Both the position numbers and the translations under genes were made by a program. A DNA stretch of 50,455 bases. Origin: Syntrophomonadaceae bacterium (lineage in GTDB: Bacteria; Bacillota; Dethiobacteria; DTU022; UBA8154). The notes beneath the pieces were generated by a model. The model made no database searches and had not been told where the DNA came from. It saw only the letters and a list, made by a program, of their open reading frames with translations. Below, in pieces: positions 9,529 through 19,233 of this stretch (the first letter of the stretch is position 1; each line of letters begins with the position of its first letter). The stretch is from the NCBI GenBank assembly GCA_007131175.1, contig SLRC01000159.1:1-50455 (forward strand), read 5' to 3'.

Positions 9529-10485
9529 TTGGATTTTTGCGTTTTGGGAAAAACAGGAATGCTTGTTTCCAGGCTTTGTTTTGGCACGCTTACCCTGGGA
9601 CCACTACAAGCCAACCTTCCCCTGGAAGCAGGTGCGGAACTGTTAATTGAGGCACTGGACAAGGGTATTAACTTCTGGGATACGGCGGAACTCTACCGCA
9701 ATTATGCATGTTTGCGACTTGCCCTTAAAAAAACGGGTGCAGAGCCCGTAATTGTGACAAAGACTTATGCTTATGATGCAAAAGGGGCAAAAGCGTCACT
9801 GGAAAAAGCCCGTCACGAGTTGGACCTTGATGTTATACCCGTTTTCATGTTACATGAGCAGGAATCTGGGCTCACGCTGGAAGGGCACAGACGTGCCCTT
9901 GAGTTTTTAAGCGAAGCCAGGGAACGGGGTTATATTAAAGCAGTGGGTATTTCGTGTCATACCATAGCCGCTGTCAGGGCGGCTATTCATTTTCCGGAGC
10001 TGAGTGTTATCCACCCTCTTATTAATTATGGTGGAATCGGGATCAAGGATGGCACTGCTGCAGAAATGATTGGAGCCATACGTGGAGCGCATGAACATGG
10101 TTTGGGAATTTACGCAATGAAAATATTGGGCGGAGGACACCTAAGCGGTGCCCCTGAAAAAGCCTTTAAGTTTGCCCTTAACCTAGATTGCCTTCATGCA
10201 ATAGCGGTGGGTATGGCGAGCCGGGATGAACTGAATGTGAATCTATGTTACATGCAGGGCCTTAAACCTCCTGCACAAGCCATAAAAAGGCTGGCGGGGA
10301 AAAAGCGCCGTCTTAAAGTGGAAACCTGGTGCATTGGTTGTGGTAAATGTGTTGCTGCATGTCCACAGAGAGCCTTGGCATTAAGAGGCCGTGCGAAAAA
10401 GAGCGCCTTCGTGGATATGGAGCGTTGTGTCCTTTGTGGTTACTGCGGTGCAGCTTGTGATGAAATGTGTATTAAAGTTTTTTAG
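9529..10485 (+). CDS. aldo/keto reductase fused to a C-terminal 2x[4Fe-4S] ferredoxin domain
   Basis: AKR tetrad candidates (WDTAELY, VTK, MLHE). C-terminal CIGCGKCVAACP and CVLCGYCGAAC cluster motifs. Confidence 0.85.
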   Translation: MDFCVLGKTGMLVSRLCFGTLTLGPLQANLPLEAGAELLIEALDKGINFWDTAELYRNYACLRLALKKTGAEPVIVTKTYAYDAKGAKASLEKARHELDLDVIPVFMLHEQESGLTLEGHRRALEFLSEARERGYIKAVGISCHTIAAVRAAIHFPELSVIHPLINYGGIGIKDGTAAEMIGAIRGAHEHGLGIYAMKILGGGHLSGAPEKAFKFALNLDCLHAIAVGMASRDELNVNLCYMQGLKPPAQAIKRLAGKKRRLKVETWCIGCGKCVAACPQRALALRGRAKKSAFVDMERCVLCGYCGAACDEMCIKVF

Positions 10486-10497
10486 GAGTGTGTGCTG

Positions 10498-10917
10498 ATG
10501 CGTATCCTGGCCCTAGACCTGGGGGAAAAAAATATTGGGGTTGCCGTAAGTGATCCACTGGAAATTACTGCCCAGGGAGTAAAGGTGATACGCCGCAGCA
10601 ACATGAGTAAAGATTTGGCTCATATCCGGGAACTGGTTAAAGAGTACTCTGTGGAAAAAATCGTTCTTGGGTATCCACTGAATATGGATGGAAGTGCAGG
10701 AGAAAAGGCCCGGGAAACTCTGGTTTTTAAGGAGAAATTGGAAAATGTTTTTTCCCTGCCTGTTGTCATATGGGATGAACGGCTTACCACAGTAGCGGCG
10801 CAGCGCACTTTGTTGGCCGCCGGATTAAGACGTTCAGAGCGAAAAAAGGTGGTTGACAAGGTTGCTGCTGTTCTCATCCTTGAAAGTTACATGCAAAGCA
10901 GACCGTCACGTGGATGA
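10498..10917 (+). CDS. ruvX: Holliday junction resolvase-like / pre-16S rRNA nuclease RuvX (YqgF)
   Basis: ILALDLGEKNIGVAVSD N-terminus, WDERLTT motif, DKVAAVLILESYM C-terminus. ATG 10498 after AGGAGTG. Confidence 0.93.
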   Translation: MRILALDLGEKNIGVAVSDPLEITAQGVKVIRRSNMSKDLAHIRELVKEYSVEKIVLGYPLNMDGSAGEKARETLVFKEKLENVFSLPVVIWDERLTTVAAQRTLLAAGLRRSERKKVVDKVAAVLILESYMQSRPSRG

Positions 10918-11073
10918 TGGGCATGGTCATAGGGTAAAGTAATAAAAAATATCCATAACTCTTCAGGGATTGCGGTTTAAAAATATAAGGTTCATGGGAT
11001 CAGCAAAGAGGCAACAAAAGAAGAGGGTGTAAACTGGCATTCTCTAATCTGACTTTAAAAAGGAGTTGTTTTC

Positions 11074-11424
11074 ATGGATGCGGAGGATCGTATTGTAACG
11101 CTCATTGATGAGGAAGGAGAAGCGTTTGAATTTGTGATTATTGATTGTTTTACAGTGGATGAACAGGAATATGCCATCATGGTACCCATGCAGGAAGAAG
11201 AGTTCGAAGGTGAATATGAAGATGCCATAGATGTTCAAGTGTTGGGTGATGATGATGTTACCCTGGAATCAGACGAGGAAAACCTGGAGGAAGAGGAAGC
11301 GGTGATCTTTCGCCTTTGCCGGGATGAAGAAGGAGAGACTTCTTTCCAGCTTATTGAGGATGAAGAGGAATGGGAGAAGGTATCAACAGTGGCATTTGAA
11401 AGACTTTACCAGAGCGAGGAATAG
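11074..11424 (+). CDS. DUF1292 (YrzB-like) acidic protein
   Basis: Conserved position after ruvX. Strongly acidic, with the IVTLIDEEGEAFEF...EYAIM pattern. AAAGGAG RBS. Confidence 0.8.
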   Translation: MDAEDRIVTLIDEEGEAFEFVIIDCFTVDEQEYAIMVPMQEEEFEGEYEDAIDVQVLGDDDVTLESDEENLEEEEAVIFRLCRDEEGETSFQLIEDEEEWEKVSTVAFERLYQSEE

Positions 11425-11446
11425 AGATTAAGAGGAAGAGCAGGCG

Positions 11447-12514
11447 TTGGAATTGAAAAGAAAATATATGATGGCAGGCGTGGTAATATTTGTTTTTATG
11501 ATGCTGATGCTTACGGCATATTGGAGAGTTACCACACTGCTGCTTCCGGCTGGAACAGGAGCTTATGATGGGGGAACAGAGTATCCTAAGAAAGAGATTG
11601 AAATACCCTTAAAATCTTCTGCCACACGGGTTGCTGCGTTGTTGGAGGAAGAGGGAATTATAAAAAATGCCCTTGTTTTTCGCTTATATGCCCGTTACCT
11701 GGGATTGGACCAGGATCTCCAGGCCGGCCGGTATAAGCTTAGTGCGACAATGAGCATGGAAGAAATCCTGGATGAATTACGCCGGGGGCTTGTTTACAAG
11801 GAAACGGTACGCTTTACAATACCGGAAGGATTTACCACGGAACAGATTGCGGCACGGCTTGCTGCAAACGGGCTGGTGGATGAAGAAAATTTTCTTAAGG
11901 CTTGTGAAGAATACCACAACGATGAGTTTGAATTTCTAACAGCAATTCCACCTGATGTTTATTTTAGGCTGGAGGGTTACCTGTTTCCAGATACGTATGA
12001 AGTGCATGAGGGTGTGGCGGCGGAAGAGATTATTACCCTAATGCTGCACCGTTTTAGTGCCGTTTGTGATAAAGCATATGTAATCAGTGCCGGGGATTTG
12101 GGGTTTTCGCTGCACCAGATATTAACCATTGCCTCACTTGTTGAGAGGGAGGGGCAGGTAGAAGATGAAATGCCCCTTATCTCGGCCGTATTCCACAATC
12201 GTTTAAAAAATGACAGCATGAGTCTTTTACAATCCTGTGCCACCGTGCAATACGCCCTGGGAGAAACAAAACCCTATCTGACGAATGCTGACCTTGAGGT
12301 CGATTCCCTATATAATACATACAATCATCCCGATCTTCCTCCCGGACCCATTGGATCCCCGGGGAAGAAAGCACTGGAAGCAGCAATTAAACCGGCTACT
12401 GTTGATTATCTTTTTTTTGTAAGCAGGGAGGACGGTAGTGGAGCGCATTATTTCAGCACTACACTGCAGGAACACAATAGATACAAGGCAATAGCACAGC
12501 GCAACCGGAACTGA
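11447..12514 (+). CDS. mltG: endolytic murein transglycosylase MltG (YceG-like)
   Basis: N-terminal TM segment. ASLVEREG catalytic Glu motif, YNTY..PGLPPGPI motif, and a conserved C-terminus. Confidence 0.93.
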   Translation: MELKRKYMMAGVVIFVFMMLMLTAYWRVTTLLLPAGTGAYDGGTEYPKKEIEIPLKSSATRVAALLEEEGIIKNALVFRLYARYLGLDQDLQAGRYKLSATMSMEEILDELRRGLVYKETVRFTIPEGFTTEQIAARLAANGLVDEENFLKACEEYHNDEFEFLTAIPPDVYFRLEGYLFPDTYEVHEGVAAEEIITLMLHRFSAVCDKAYVISAGDLGFSLHQILTIASLVEREGQVEDEMPLISAVFHNRLKNDSMSLLQSCATVQYALGETKPYLTNADLEVDSLYNTYNHPDLPPGPIGSPGKKALEAAIKPATVDYLFFVSREDGSGAHYFSTTLQEHNRYKAIAQRNRN

Positions 12515-12569
12515 TCAGCAAAATTCCCGTATAAATTTAGCTTTCTGACAAATAATAGCAGCAAAAGGG

Positions 12570-14246
12570 GTGTTGTCGTTGAATAAGCGGCAGCAGCGTA
12601 TTATTTCCCTTATGCTGCTATTTTCTTTGCTTCTGGTAATACTTGCAGGGCGCCTTGCGCTCATACAGCTTGTACAGGGGAAGCGCTATGCAAGGGAGGC
12701 AGTAAAGCAGCGAGCTCAGGTAGTGGTTCTTAATCATAACCGGGGAGATATTTTGGATCGCCATGGAGAGTCGCTGTTGGGGGGTGAGGAAGGGAAGGTC
12801 TTGGTTGTCTTCCCCTCAATACTGGATCTTATTAACTCGAATATCAGGGATGAATTGATATCTGCAATCCCCCAGGCTGGTGCTGCCAGTGCGCCATTTA
12901 TAGCCCTCGAAGATCTTTCACCTGCAGAAGCCGATTATTTCCGTAACTACCATGATAGCGGACTTATTGTCACAACAGTTTACCGCCGTTATGGCAGTGG
13001 AGCCCTTGCGAACCATCTTGTGGGCCATATCGGCCCTGATGACGGTGAGGGGAAGGTGGGACTGGAAAAATATTTTAACAATGAACTGCAAGGTTATCCC
13101 CATACCCTGGCCGCTCTTGTAGATGGGAAAAAAAGGTTAATCAAGGGCCTGGGATTTCGGCTTTGGCAGGACGAGCAAACGGGGGCTCCACAGGACCTGA
13201 TTTTGACTATTGACAGTCTTATTCAACAACATGTGGAGGCGGTGATGGACAGGGAAATATTTAAGGGAGCCGTGGTGGCAATGGATCCCCACACGGGCCA
13301 TATTTTAGCCATGGCGAGCCGCCCTAATTACTACCAGGCTGAGCTAAGCAATATTCTCAACAATAGGGAAAAATATAAATTCTATCTGGATGCCAAACCC
13401 TTTATTAACCGCGGTCTCCTGAGTTTCCCTCCCGCTTCTATATTTAAGATTGTAGTAGCCGCTGCTGCCTTTGAAGCGGGAGGATACAATTTGTTTGCCC
13501 GGTTTAACTGTGAGGGACATATTCGTGTGGGTGATAGAATATTTCACTGTTCGCTAGGACAGCCCCATGGTGCCTTGGATCTGAGTGAGGCTTTTGCCCA
13601 ATCATGTAATACGGTTTTTATTAAGCTGGCGTTGGAATTGGGAAAAGACACGCTTTATAAATACGCAAATAAAATGGGCCTGGGGGAAAAAACAGGCTTA
13701 TCCCTTGGAAGCATGAAATTTGATGAGGAGTCACCGGGGTTGTTACCCCTGCCGGCAGAGATGGCGTATTTGGGGGAATTGGCATTGATGGCCCTGGGGC
13801 AGGGCAAACTGGAGGCAACTCCCTTGCAGTTGGCACGCCTTACAGCCATTGTGGCTAATGGGGGTTACCTGGTGGAACCCCGCCTCGTGATGGGTTTAAG
13901 GGACGAAGGAGGAAGAATGTCCTTTGATAGAACTTATACTTACCCAAAAAATGTAATTAGTCCCCTTACGGCTAACCGGCTCAAATACCTGATGTTGAAA
14001 GTGGTTGACCAGGGAACGGGGAAAAAGGCTAAAAGCGATAAAATAATCACTGGCGGCAAGACCGGGACGGCAGAAACGGGTTATCAGGATTCCCGGGGGA
14101 ACCCCCAATACTACTCCTGGTTTAGTGGGATTATGCCCCTGCAAAATAGTCGCGCCGTCATTACGGTATTTATAGAGGAACCACAGGGGAAAAGTGCCGC
14201 AATTGTGTTTAAACATATTGCAGAAGCAATTGAGCCCTTTATTTAA
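12570..14246 (+). CDS. class B penicillin-binding protein (PBP2/SpoVD-like transpeptidase)
   Basis: N-terminal TM segment plus PBP dimerisation region. Active-site motifs SIFK, SCN and KTGT. Confidence 0.9.
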   Translation: MLSLNKRQQRIISLMLLFSLLLVILAGRLALIQLVQGKRYAREAVKQRAQVVVLNHNRGDILDRHGESLLGGEEGKVLVVFPSILDLINSNIRDELISAIPQAGAASAPFIALEDLSPAEADYFRNYHDSGLIVTTVYRRYGSGALANHLVGHIGPDDGEGKVGLEKYFNNELQGYPHTLAALVDGKKRLIKGLGFRLWQDEQTGAPQDLILTIDSLIQQHVEAVMDREIFKGAVVAMDPHTGHILAMASRPNYYQAELSNILNNREKYKFYLDAKPFINRGLLSFPPASIFKIVVAAAAFEAGGYNLFARFNCEGHIRVGDRIFHCSLGQPHGALDLSEAFAQSCNTVFIKLALELGKDTLYKYANKMGLGEKTGLSLGSMKFDEESPGLLPLPAEMAYLGELALMALGQGKLEATPLQLARLTAIVANGGYLVEPRLVMGLRDEGGRMSFDRTYTYPKNVISPLTANRLKYLMLKVVDQGTGKKAKSDKIITGGKTGTAETGYQDSRGNPQYYSWFSGIMPLQNSRAVITVFIEEPQGKSAAIVFKHIAEAIEPFI

Positions 14247-14320
14247 AAGTAAGCCTTACATCCAATACCTTTTTTTCCTTAATTGGAAATGATATAATCC
14301 CAGATAGAAAGGAGCCCTGA

Positions 14321-15535
14321 ATGAAGATGAAATATCTTGTTATCCTTGGTGATGGTATGCCCGATTATCCCCTGAAAGAACTTGGGGGAAAGACACCTCT
14401 CCAATATGCCAAAACCCCTCAAATGGACAGGCTAGCCCAAACGGGGGAACTGGGAATGGTGAAAAGTATTCCAAAAGATATGCCTCCGGGAAGTGATGTG
14501 GCAAATCTTTCCATTATGGGTTATGACCCTGCCCGCTATTATACAGGTCGGGCACCCATTGAGGCCGTAGCCATGGGGGTGGACCTGGCAGCAGAGGATA
14601 CAGCCTTTCGCTGCAACCTGGTAACCCTTTCTGCAGAGGATCATTATGCTGACAAAACGATGCTTGATTACAGTGCCGGGGAAATTGTAACAGCGGAAGC
14701 ACATGTGCTCATAAACGAATTGGAAAAACGGCTTGGCAATAATTCTTTCACATTTTATCCCGGCATAAGTTACCGCCATCTAATGGTCTGGCGCGCCGGA
14801 CCACAAGATTTTAAGCTTACACCCCCCCATGACATTTATGGGAAGGTGATTGGCAATTACTTGCCTGCAGGCACAAACAGTGAAAAGCTTCTCACACTGA
14901 TGTTAGACAGCTATACATTATTGTCCACTAATCCCGTAAACCTGGAACGTGTGTCCCGGGGGGTAAAAACAGCCAATTCCATTTGGCTTTGGGGCCAGGG
15001 GCGAAAGCCGTTCCTGGACAGCTTTACAAAAAAATACGGGCTCAGTGGTGCAGTTATATCCGCCGTGGATCTGATCAAGGGGCTCGGTATCTGTGCAGGG
15101 CTGGAAGCGGTGCATTTGCCTGGAGCCACAGGAAACATCCATACTGATTTTAAAGGAAAGGCGAAAAAGGCACTGGAGAAGCTTGAGGAAGGTATGGATT
15201 TTGTTTTTGTCCATGTTGAAGCCCCGGACGAGGCCGGACACCAGGGAGACCTGGAAACGAAAATTAAAGCTATCGAAGAGATCGATGAGAAAGTGGTTGG
15301 GGAAGTATTGCGTGGGCTAAAATACTTTCCCCAAAGCAGGTTAATGGTTCTCTCCGATCATCCAACACCTTTATCTTTACGGACCCATACGGAAGATGCG
15401 GTACCGTACTGCATATACAAAGGTGGCTCGGTCGCGGTTACTCCAGGAGCCACTTTTTCGGAGGCAAATGCAGCTAAAGGCCCCTTCTTTCCACTGGGCC
15501 ACCTCCTGATGGACTATTTTATTAAGAAAGTCTAA
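14321..15535 (+). CDS. apgM: cofactor-independent phosphoglycerate mutase, archaeal-type ApgM family (also annotated 'proposed homoserine kinase')
   Basis: ILGDGMPD N-terminus, HVEAPDEAGHQGD metal-binding motif, SDHPTP motif. Confidence 0.85.
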   Translation: MKMKYLVILGDGMPDYPLKELGGKTPLQYAKTPQMDRLAQTGELGMVKSIPKDMPPGSDVANLSIMGYDPARYYTGRAPIEAVAMGVDLAAEDTAFRCNLVTLSAEDHYADKTMLDYSAGEIVTAEAHVLINELEKRLGNNSFTFYPGISYRHLMVWRAGPQDFKLTPPHDIYGKVIGNYLPAGTNSEKLLTLMLDSYTLLSTNPVNLERVSRGVKTANSIWLWGQGRKPFLDSFTKKYGLSGAVISAVDLIKGLGICAGLEAVHLPGATGNIHTDFKGKAKKALEKLEEGMDFVFVHVEAPDEAGHQGDLETKIKAIEEIDEKVVGEVLRGLKYFPQSRLMVLSDHPTPLSLRTHTEDAVPYCIYKGGSVAVTPGATFSEANAAKGPFFPLGHLLMDYFIKKV

Positions 15536-15536
15536 T

Positions 15537-15580
15537 CCCAGCTCTTCCCAGCTCCCCATGGTGCTGGCACCATGGGGAGC
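15537..15580. repeat. CCCAGCTC direct repeat followed by a perfect 14-nt-arm inverted repeat (no U-tract)
   Basis: CCCAGCTC at 15537-15544 and 15547-15554. GCTCCCCATGGTGC (15551-15564), TG, GCACCATGGGGAGC (15567-15580). Confidence 0.8.
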
Positions 15581-15655
15581 AAAGACAAATCGGGTAACAC
15601 AGGGAGTATTCCATCAACCAGTGGGATGCCAGTATGATATTAAGGGGGTATCCCC

Positions 15656-18600
15656 ATGACAATGCGTCTGCTTATAGGGCGGGCAGGGAGCGGCAAAACC
15701 ACCCTCTGCCTGCAAGAAATAGAAGAGGAGCTGTACCGCAATCAGGACGGCCCTTCCCTTATCTACCTTGTACCGGAACAGGCGGCCTTTGAGGCCGAAT
15801 ATGCCCTGGCATCGCTGCCGGGTCTGGGGGGAACAATACGGGCGCAGGTCCTAAGTTTTCGCCGCCTGGCTTGGCGGATTTTACAGGAAACGGGGGGCGG
15901 GAGGCGCCTTTTTATTGATGATACGGGTAAAGGTATGGTCCTGCGTAAAGCTTTGGAAAGGCACAAGTCTTTATTGCAAATCTTGCGTGATGCGGGAGAT
16001 AAACCTGGTTTTTTGCAGGATCTGGTAAACCTTTACAATGAACTGCGTCGCAACCGTATCTCCATATATCATTTAAAAGAAGCATGGAACAGGGAAACGA
16101 AAAACAAGGGCGGGGGAGGACTGCTGGGAAAGAAGTTAGGGGAAGTTGCCTTGGTCATGGAAGAAGCGGAGCAGGAACTTAGTGCTCATTATGTGGATGC
16201 TGAGGATACACTGTTAATGTTGGCACTGAAACTGCCCCAATCCAATTTTGCCCGTGATGCTTTACTGTGGGTTGATGGTTTTTATGGATTTACCCATTTA
16301 GAGTTTTTCGTACTTGAATCCCTTTTGCAACATGCCAGAGAGATGACCGTTACCCTTTGCCTGGACCGTTGTTATACCATGGGGGAAAAGGTGGACGAGC
16401 TTAATCCTTTTTATAATTCTGCGGTTACATGTAAGCATTTACAGCAGCTTGCCGCAGCACGGGGAGTAGCCACCACAAAAATATTATTACCTCAAAATGG
16501 CTGTGCTTACCTGCCCCGTTTTAAGAACAATCCTCATCTGTCCCACCTGGAGAAGCATTTGCACAGTTACCCCACCATCCCGTTTTGCGGTGAACATTAT
16601 TCATCCCTGCCACTCCGCCTGGTGGCGGCACCGGGCCGCCGCAGTGAGGTGGAGGCCGTGGCCCGTGAAATTATCAGGCTGACACGGGATGAGCATTACC
16701 GTTACCGGGAGATTGCTGTAGTTGCCCATAACCTGGAGCAGTATGCAGATTTAATTGTCCCTGTTTTTAATGATTACAACATTCCCCTATTCCTTGATCA
16801 GAAGCGTACGATTTTGCATCACCCCCTGGTGGAATTTATCCGCTCAGCCCTGGAAGTGGTTAACGGCAATTGGCGTCCGGAAACAGTTTTTCGCTGCATT
16901 AAGAGTGGCTTTTTATTTCCTGCTGATGGGGATCAAAAACAGTTTCAAAAGTGGCGTGACCTTGCAGCGATGCTGGAAAATTATGTTCTCGCTTATGGGA
17001 TCAGGGGAGCGCACTGGAAGGATGATCAGAGGTGGAAATATTTCAGAAGGGACACCCTGGAAGAAGAGGATCCCGGGCCTTCCATAGATGAAGCTGCCTT
17101 TTTGGATCAAATTGATAAGACGAGACGCCTTTTAAGCGGACCGCTTTTACAGTTTCAGGATAAATATGGGGCTGCCTCTACAGTAAGGGAACGGGTAAAA
17201 GCGGTCTATGAGTTGCTGGAAACAGTAGCTGCCGGACAGAAGTTACTTCTTGCCGCAGAGCAGGCTCGGGAACGGGGAGAGCCGGAAAAGTCCCGCGAGC
17301 AGGAGCAGGTCTTCCAGGGGATCATCAACTTGATGGATCAGCTTGTGGAGATTACGGGAGAAGAGAAAGTTGCACCTGCCTTATTTGCCCGTTTGATTGA
17401 TTCAGGCCTGGCAGCACTGCGCCTGGGGCTTGTCCCCCCGTCTTTGGACCAGGTCCTTGTTGGAAATTTGGAAAGGACAAGAGCCGGCAATTTGCGTGCA
17501 CTATTTCTTTTGGGAGCTAATGATGGGATTCTTCCATCCCGTCCCACTGGGGAGGCAATATTTTCTGAAGAGGAACGGGATACACTTGAAGCCCGGGGAT
17601 TTACCCTTTCTCCAGGACCGCGGCGAAGACTGTTTGACGAGGAGTTTTTCATCTATATTGCCCTTACAGGTGCTAAAGAGCTTTTATGGGTCAGCTATTC
17701 CCTTGCCGATGAAGAAGGAAGAGCCCTGTTGCCCGCCTTGCTTATCAGTCGCTTACAGGAGATGTTTCCTGGCTTAAGGGAGGAGGTGCCCGTAATTGAT
17801 AAGGAAGAAAGCTGTTCCAATGAGACCGCAACAAACAATGAATCTGGTGCTGCCAATCTATTGCTTCCCTTTATTATTCATCCCCGTCAAACTCTTAGTC
17901 ATCTGGCCCTTCAGCTGGGCCGCTGGAAGGAGGGCGCAGTTTTGCACCCTTTATGGTGGGAAGTATACAATTGGTATGCCTGCGGCGGCGGGGATAAAGA
18001 AGATACAAAGCGTCTTTTGGCGGGCATTTTTTACGAAAACACGGAAACAGCCATTAATGAAAAGACGAGTTGTGAACTCTACGGTTCCCCGCTTCAGGCA
18101 AGTGCTTCCCGTTTAGAACGTTTTCGTAATTGTCCTTTTGCCCATTTTGCTGCTTACGGACTGCGTTTACAGCAGCGTGTGCAATACGGGCTTGAAGCTC
18201 CTGATACAGGTAGATTTTTCCATGTAGCACTGCGCAATGTGGCCCGTGTTTTGGAGACGCAGCAGCGACATTGGGGCGATTGCAAAAAGGAGGAACTGCT
18301 GCAAATCGTCTCCGCAGAAGTCACCCGTTTGCTTCCCCGTGTCCAGCAGGAAATACTGCTCAGCTCCCAACGCTACCTTCACCTGGCAAAAAAAATCGAA
18401 GAAACTGTGGGGCGAGCGGTCCTATATCTTGCAGAGCAAGATCGCCGCAGCGAATTTAAACCCATAGCCGTTGAGATATCATTTGCGAAGGATGGAGAAC
18501 TGCCTCCATTGCACCTGACGCTTGAGAACGGCACGCCAGTGAATATAGTGGGGCGTATTGATCGTTTAGACGGTGCCATTTCTGATACGGGCAGCATCTA

Positions 18601-19192
18601 TCTGCGGATAATAGATTACAAATCGGGCGCGGCAGATCTTGATCTTATGGAAGTATTGCATGGCCTATCTCTCCAACTGTTCATTTACCTTGACGCAGCC
18701 CTTACCAACGCCTCTATGCTGCCACAAATCCGTGAGTTACCTGTTTATCCGGCTGGAATTTTTTATTTCCGTGTTTACGATCCCCTGCTTCGGAGCAGGG
18801 GACCCCTGACACCGGATGAAATTGAGACGGAGATGCTTAAACTTTTTAAACTGAAAGGAAAAGTGCTGGCTGAGCCGGCGGTAGTTAAGTTAATGGATAA
18901 AGAACTCATCTTCGGTTATTCCAATGTGATACCTGTGGGTATGACGAAGGAAGGGGAGCTTTATCGTAATGCCAAATCTTTGTTAACGGCTGAGGAATTT
19001 GAAAAGCTTCACAATCACATTCGCTGCATCATAGCAGATACGGCTGCAGAAATTATGCAGGGTTCCCTAAAAATAAGCCCCTTCAAGCTGGGCAGAAAAA
19101 AGGCCTGTACGTTCTGCCCATTTAAAGCAGTATGCCAGTTTGATCTTTTACTGAAAGAAAATAATTTTCGTTTGCTGGGAAGCGGTGCATGA
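15656..19192 (+). CDS. addB: helicase-exonuclease AddAB, subunit AddB
   Basis: N-terminal GRAGSGKT P-loop. C-terminal RecB-type nuclease with Fe-S cysteines (CPFAHF...CTFCPFKAVC). Directly upstream of addA. Confidence 0.95.
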   Translation: MTMRLLIGRAGSGKTTLCLQEIEEELYRNQDGPSLIYLVPEQAAFEAEYALASLPGLGGTIRAQVLSFRRLAWRILQETGGGRRLFIDDTGKGMVLRKALERHKSLLQILRDAGDKPGFLQDLVNLYNELRRNRISIYHLKEAWNRETKNKGGGGLLGKKLGEVALVMEEAEQELSAHYVDAEDTLLMLALKLPQSNFARDALLWVDGFYGFTHLEFFVLESLLQHAREMTVTLCLDRCYTMGEKVDELNPFYNSAVTCKHLQQLAAARGVATTKILLPQNGCAYLPRFKNNPHLSHLEKHLHSYPTIPFCGEHYSSLPLRLVAAPGRRSEVEAVAREIIRLTRDEHYRYREIAVVAHNLEQYADLIVPVFNDYNIPLFLDQKRTILHHPLVEFIRSALEVVNGNWRPETVFRCIKSGFLFPADGDQKQFQKWRDLAAMLENYVLAYGIRGAHWKDDQRWKYFRRDTLEEEDPGPSIDEAAFLDQIDKTRRLLSGPLLQFQDKYGAASTVRERVKAVYELLETVAAGQKLLLAAEQARERGEPEKSREQEQVFQGIINLMDQLVEITGEEKVAPALFARLIDSGLAALRLGLVPPSLDQVLVGNLERTRAGNLRALFLLGANDGILPSRPTGEAIFSEEERDTLEARGFTLSPGPRRRLFDEEFFIYIALTGAKELLWVSYSLADEEGRALLPALLISRLQEMFPGLREEVPVIDKEESCSNETATNNESGAANLLLPFIIHPRQTLSHLALQLGRWKEGAVLHPLWWEVYNWYACGGGDKEDTKRLLAGIFYENTETAINEKTSCELYGSPLQASASRLERFRNCPFAHFAAYGLRLQQRVQYGLEAPDTGRFFHVALRNVARVLETQQRHWGDCKKEELLQIVSAEVTRLLPRVQQEILLSSQRYLHLAKKIEETVGRAVLYLAEQDRRSEFKPIAVEISFAKDGELPPLHLTLENGTPVNIVGRIDRLDGAISDTGSIYLRIIDYKSGAADLDLMEVLHGLSLQLFIYLDAALTNASMLPQIRELPVYPAGIFYFRVYDPLLRSRGPLTPDEIETEMLKLFKLKGKVLAEPAVVKLMDKELIFGYSNVIPVGMTKEGELYRNAKSLLTAEEFEKLHNHIRCIIADTAAEIMQGSLKISPFKLGRKKACTFCPFKAVCQFDLLLKENNFRLLGSGA

Positions 19193-19233
19193 TATGACTA
19201 TATACGTTTTCTAAGACGGGAGTGAACTCACGC

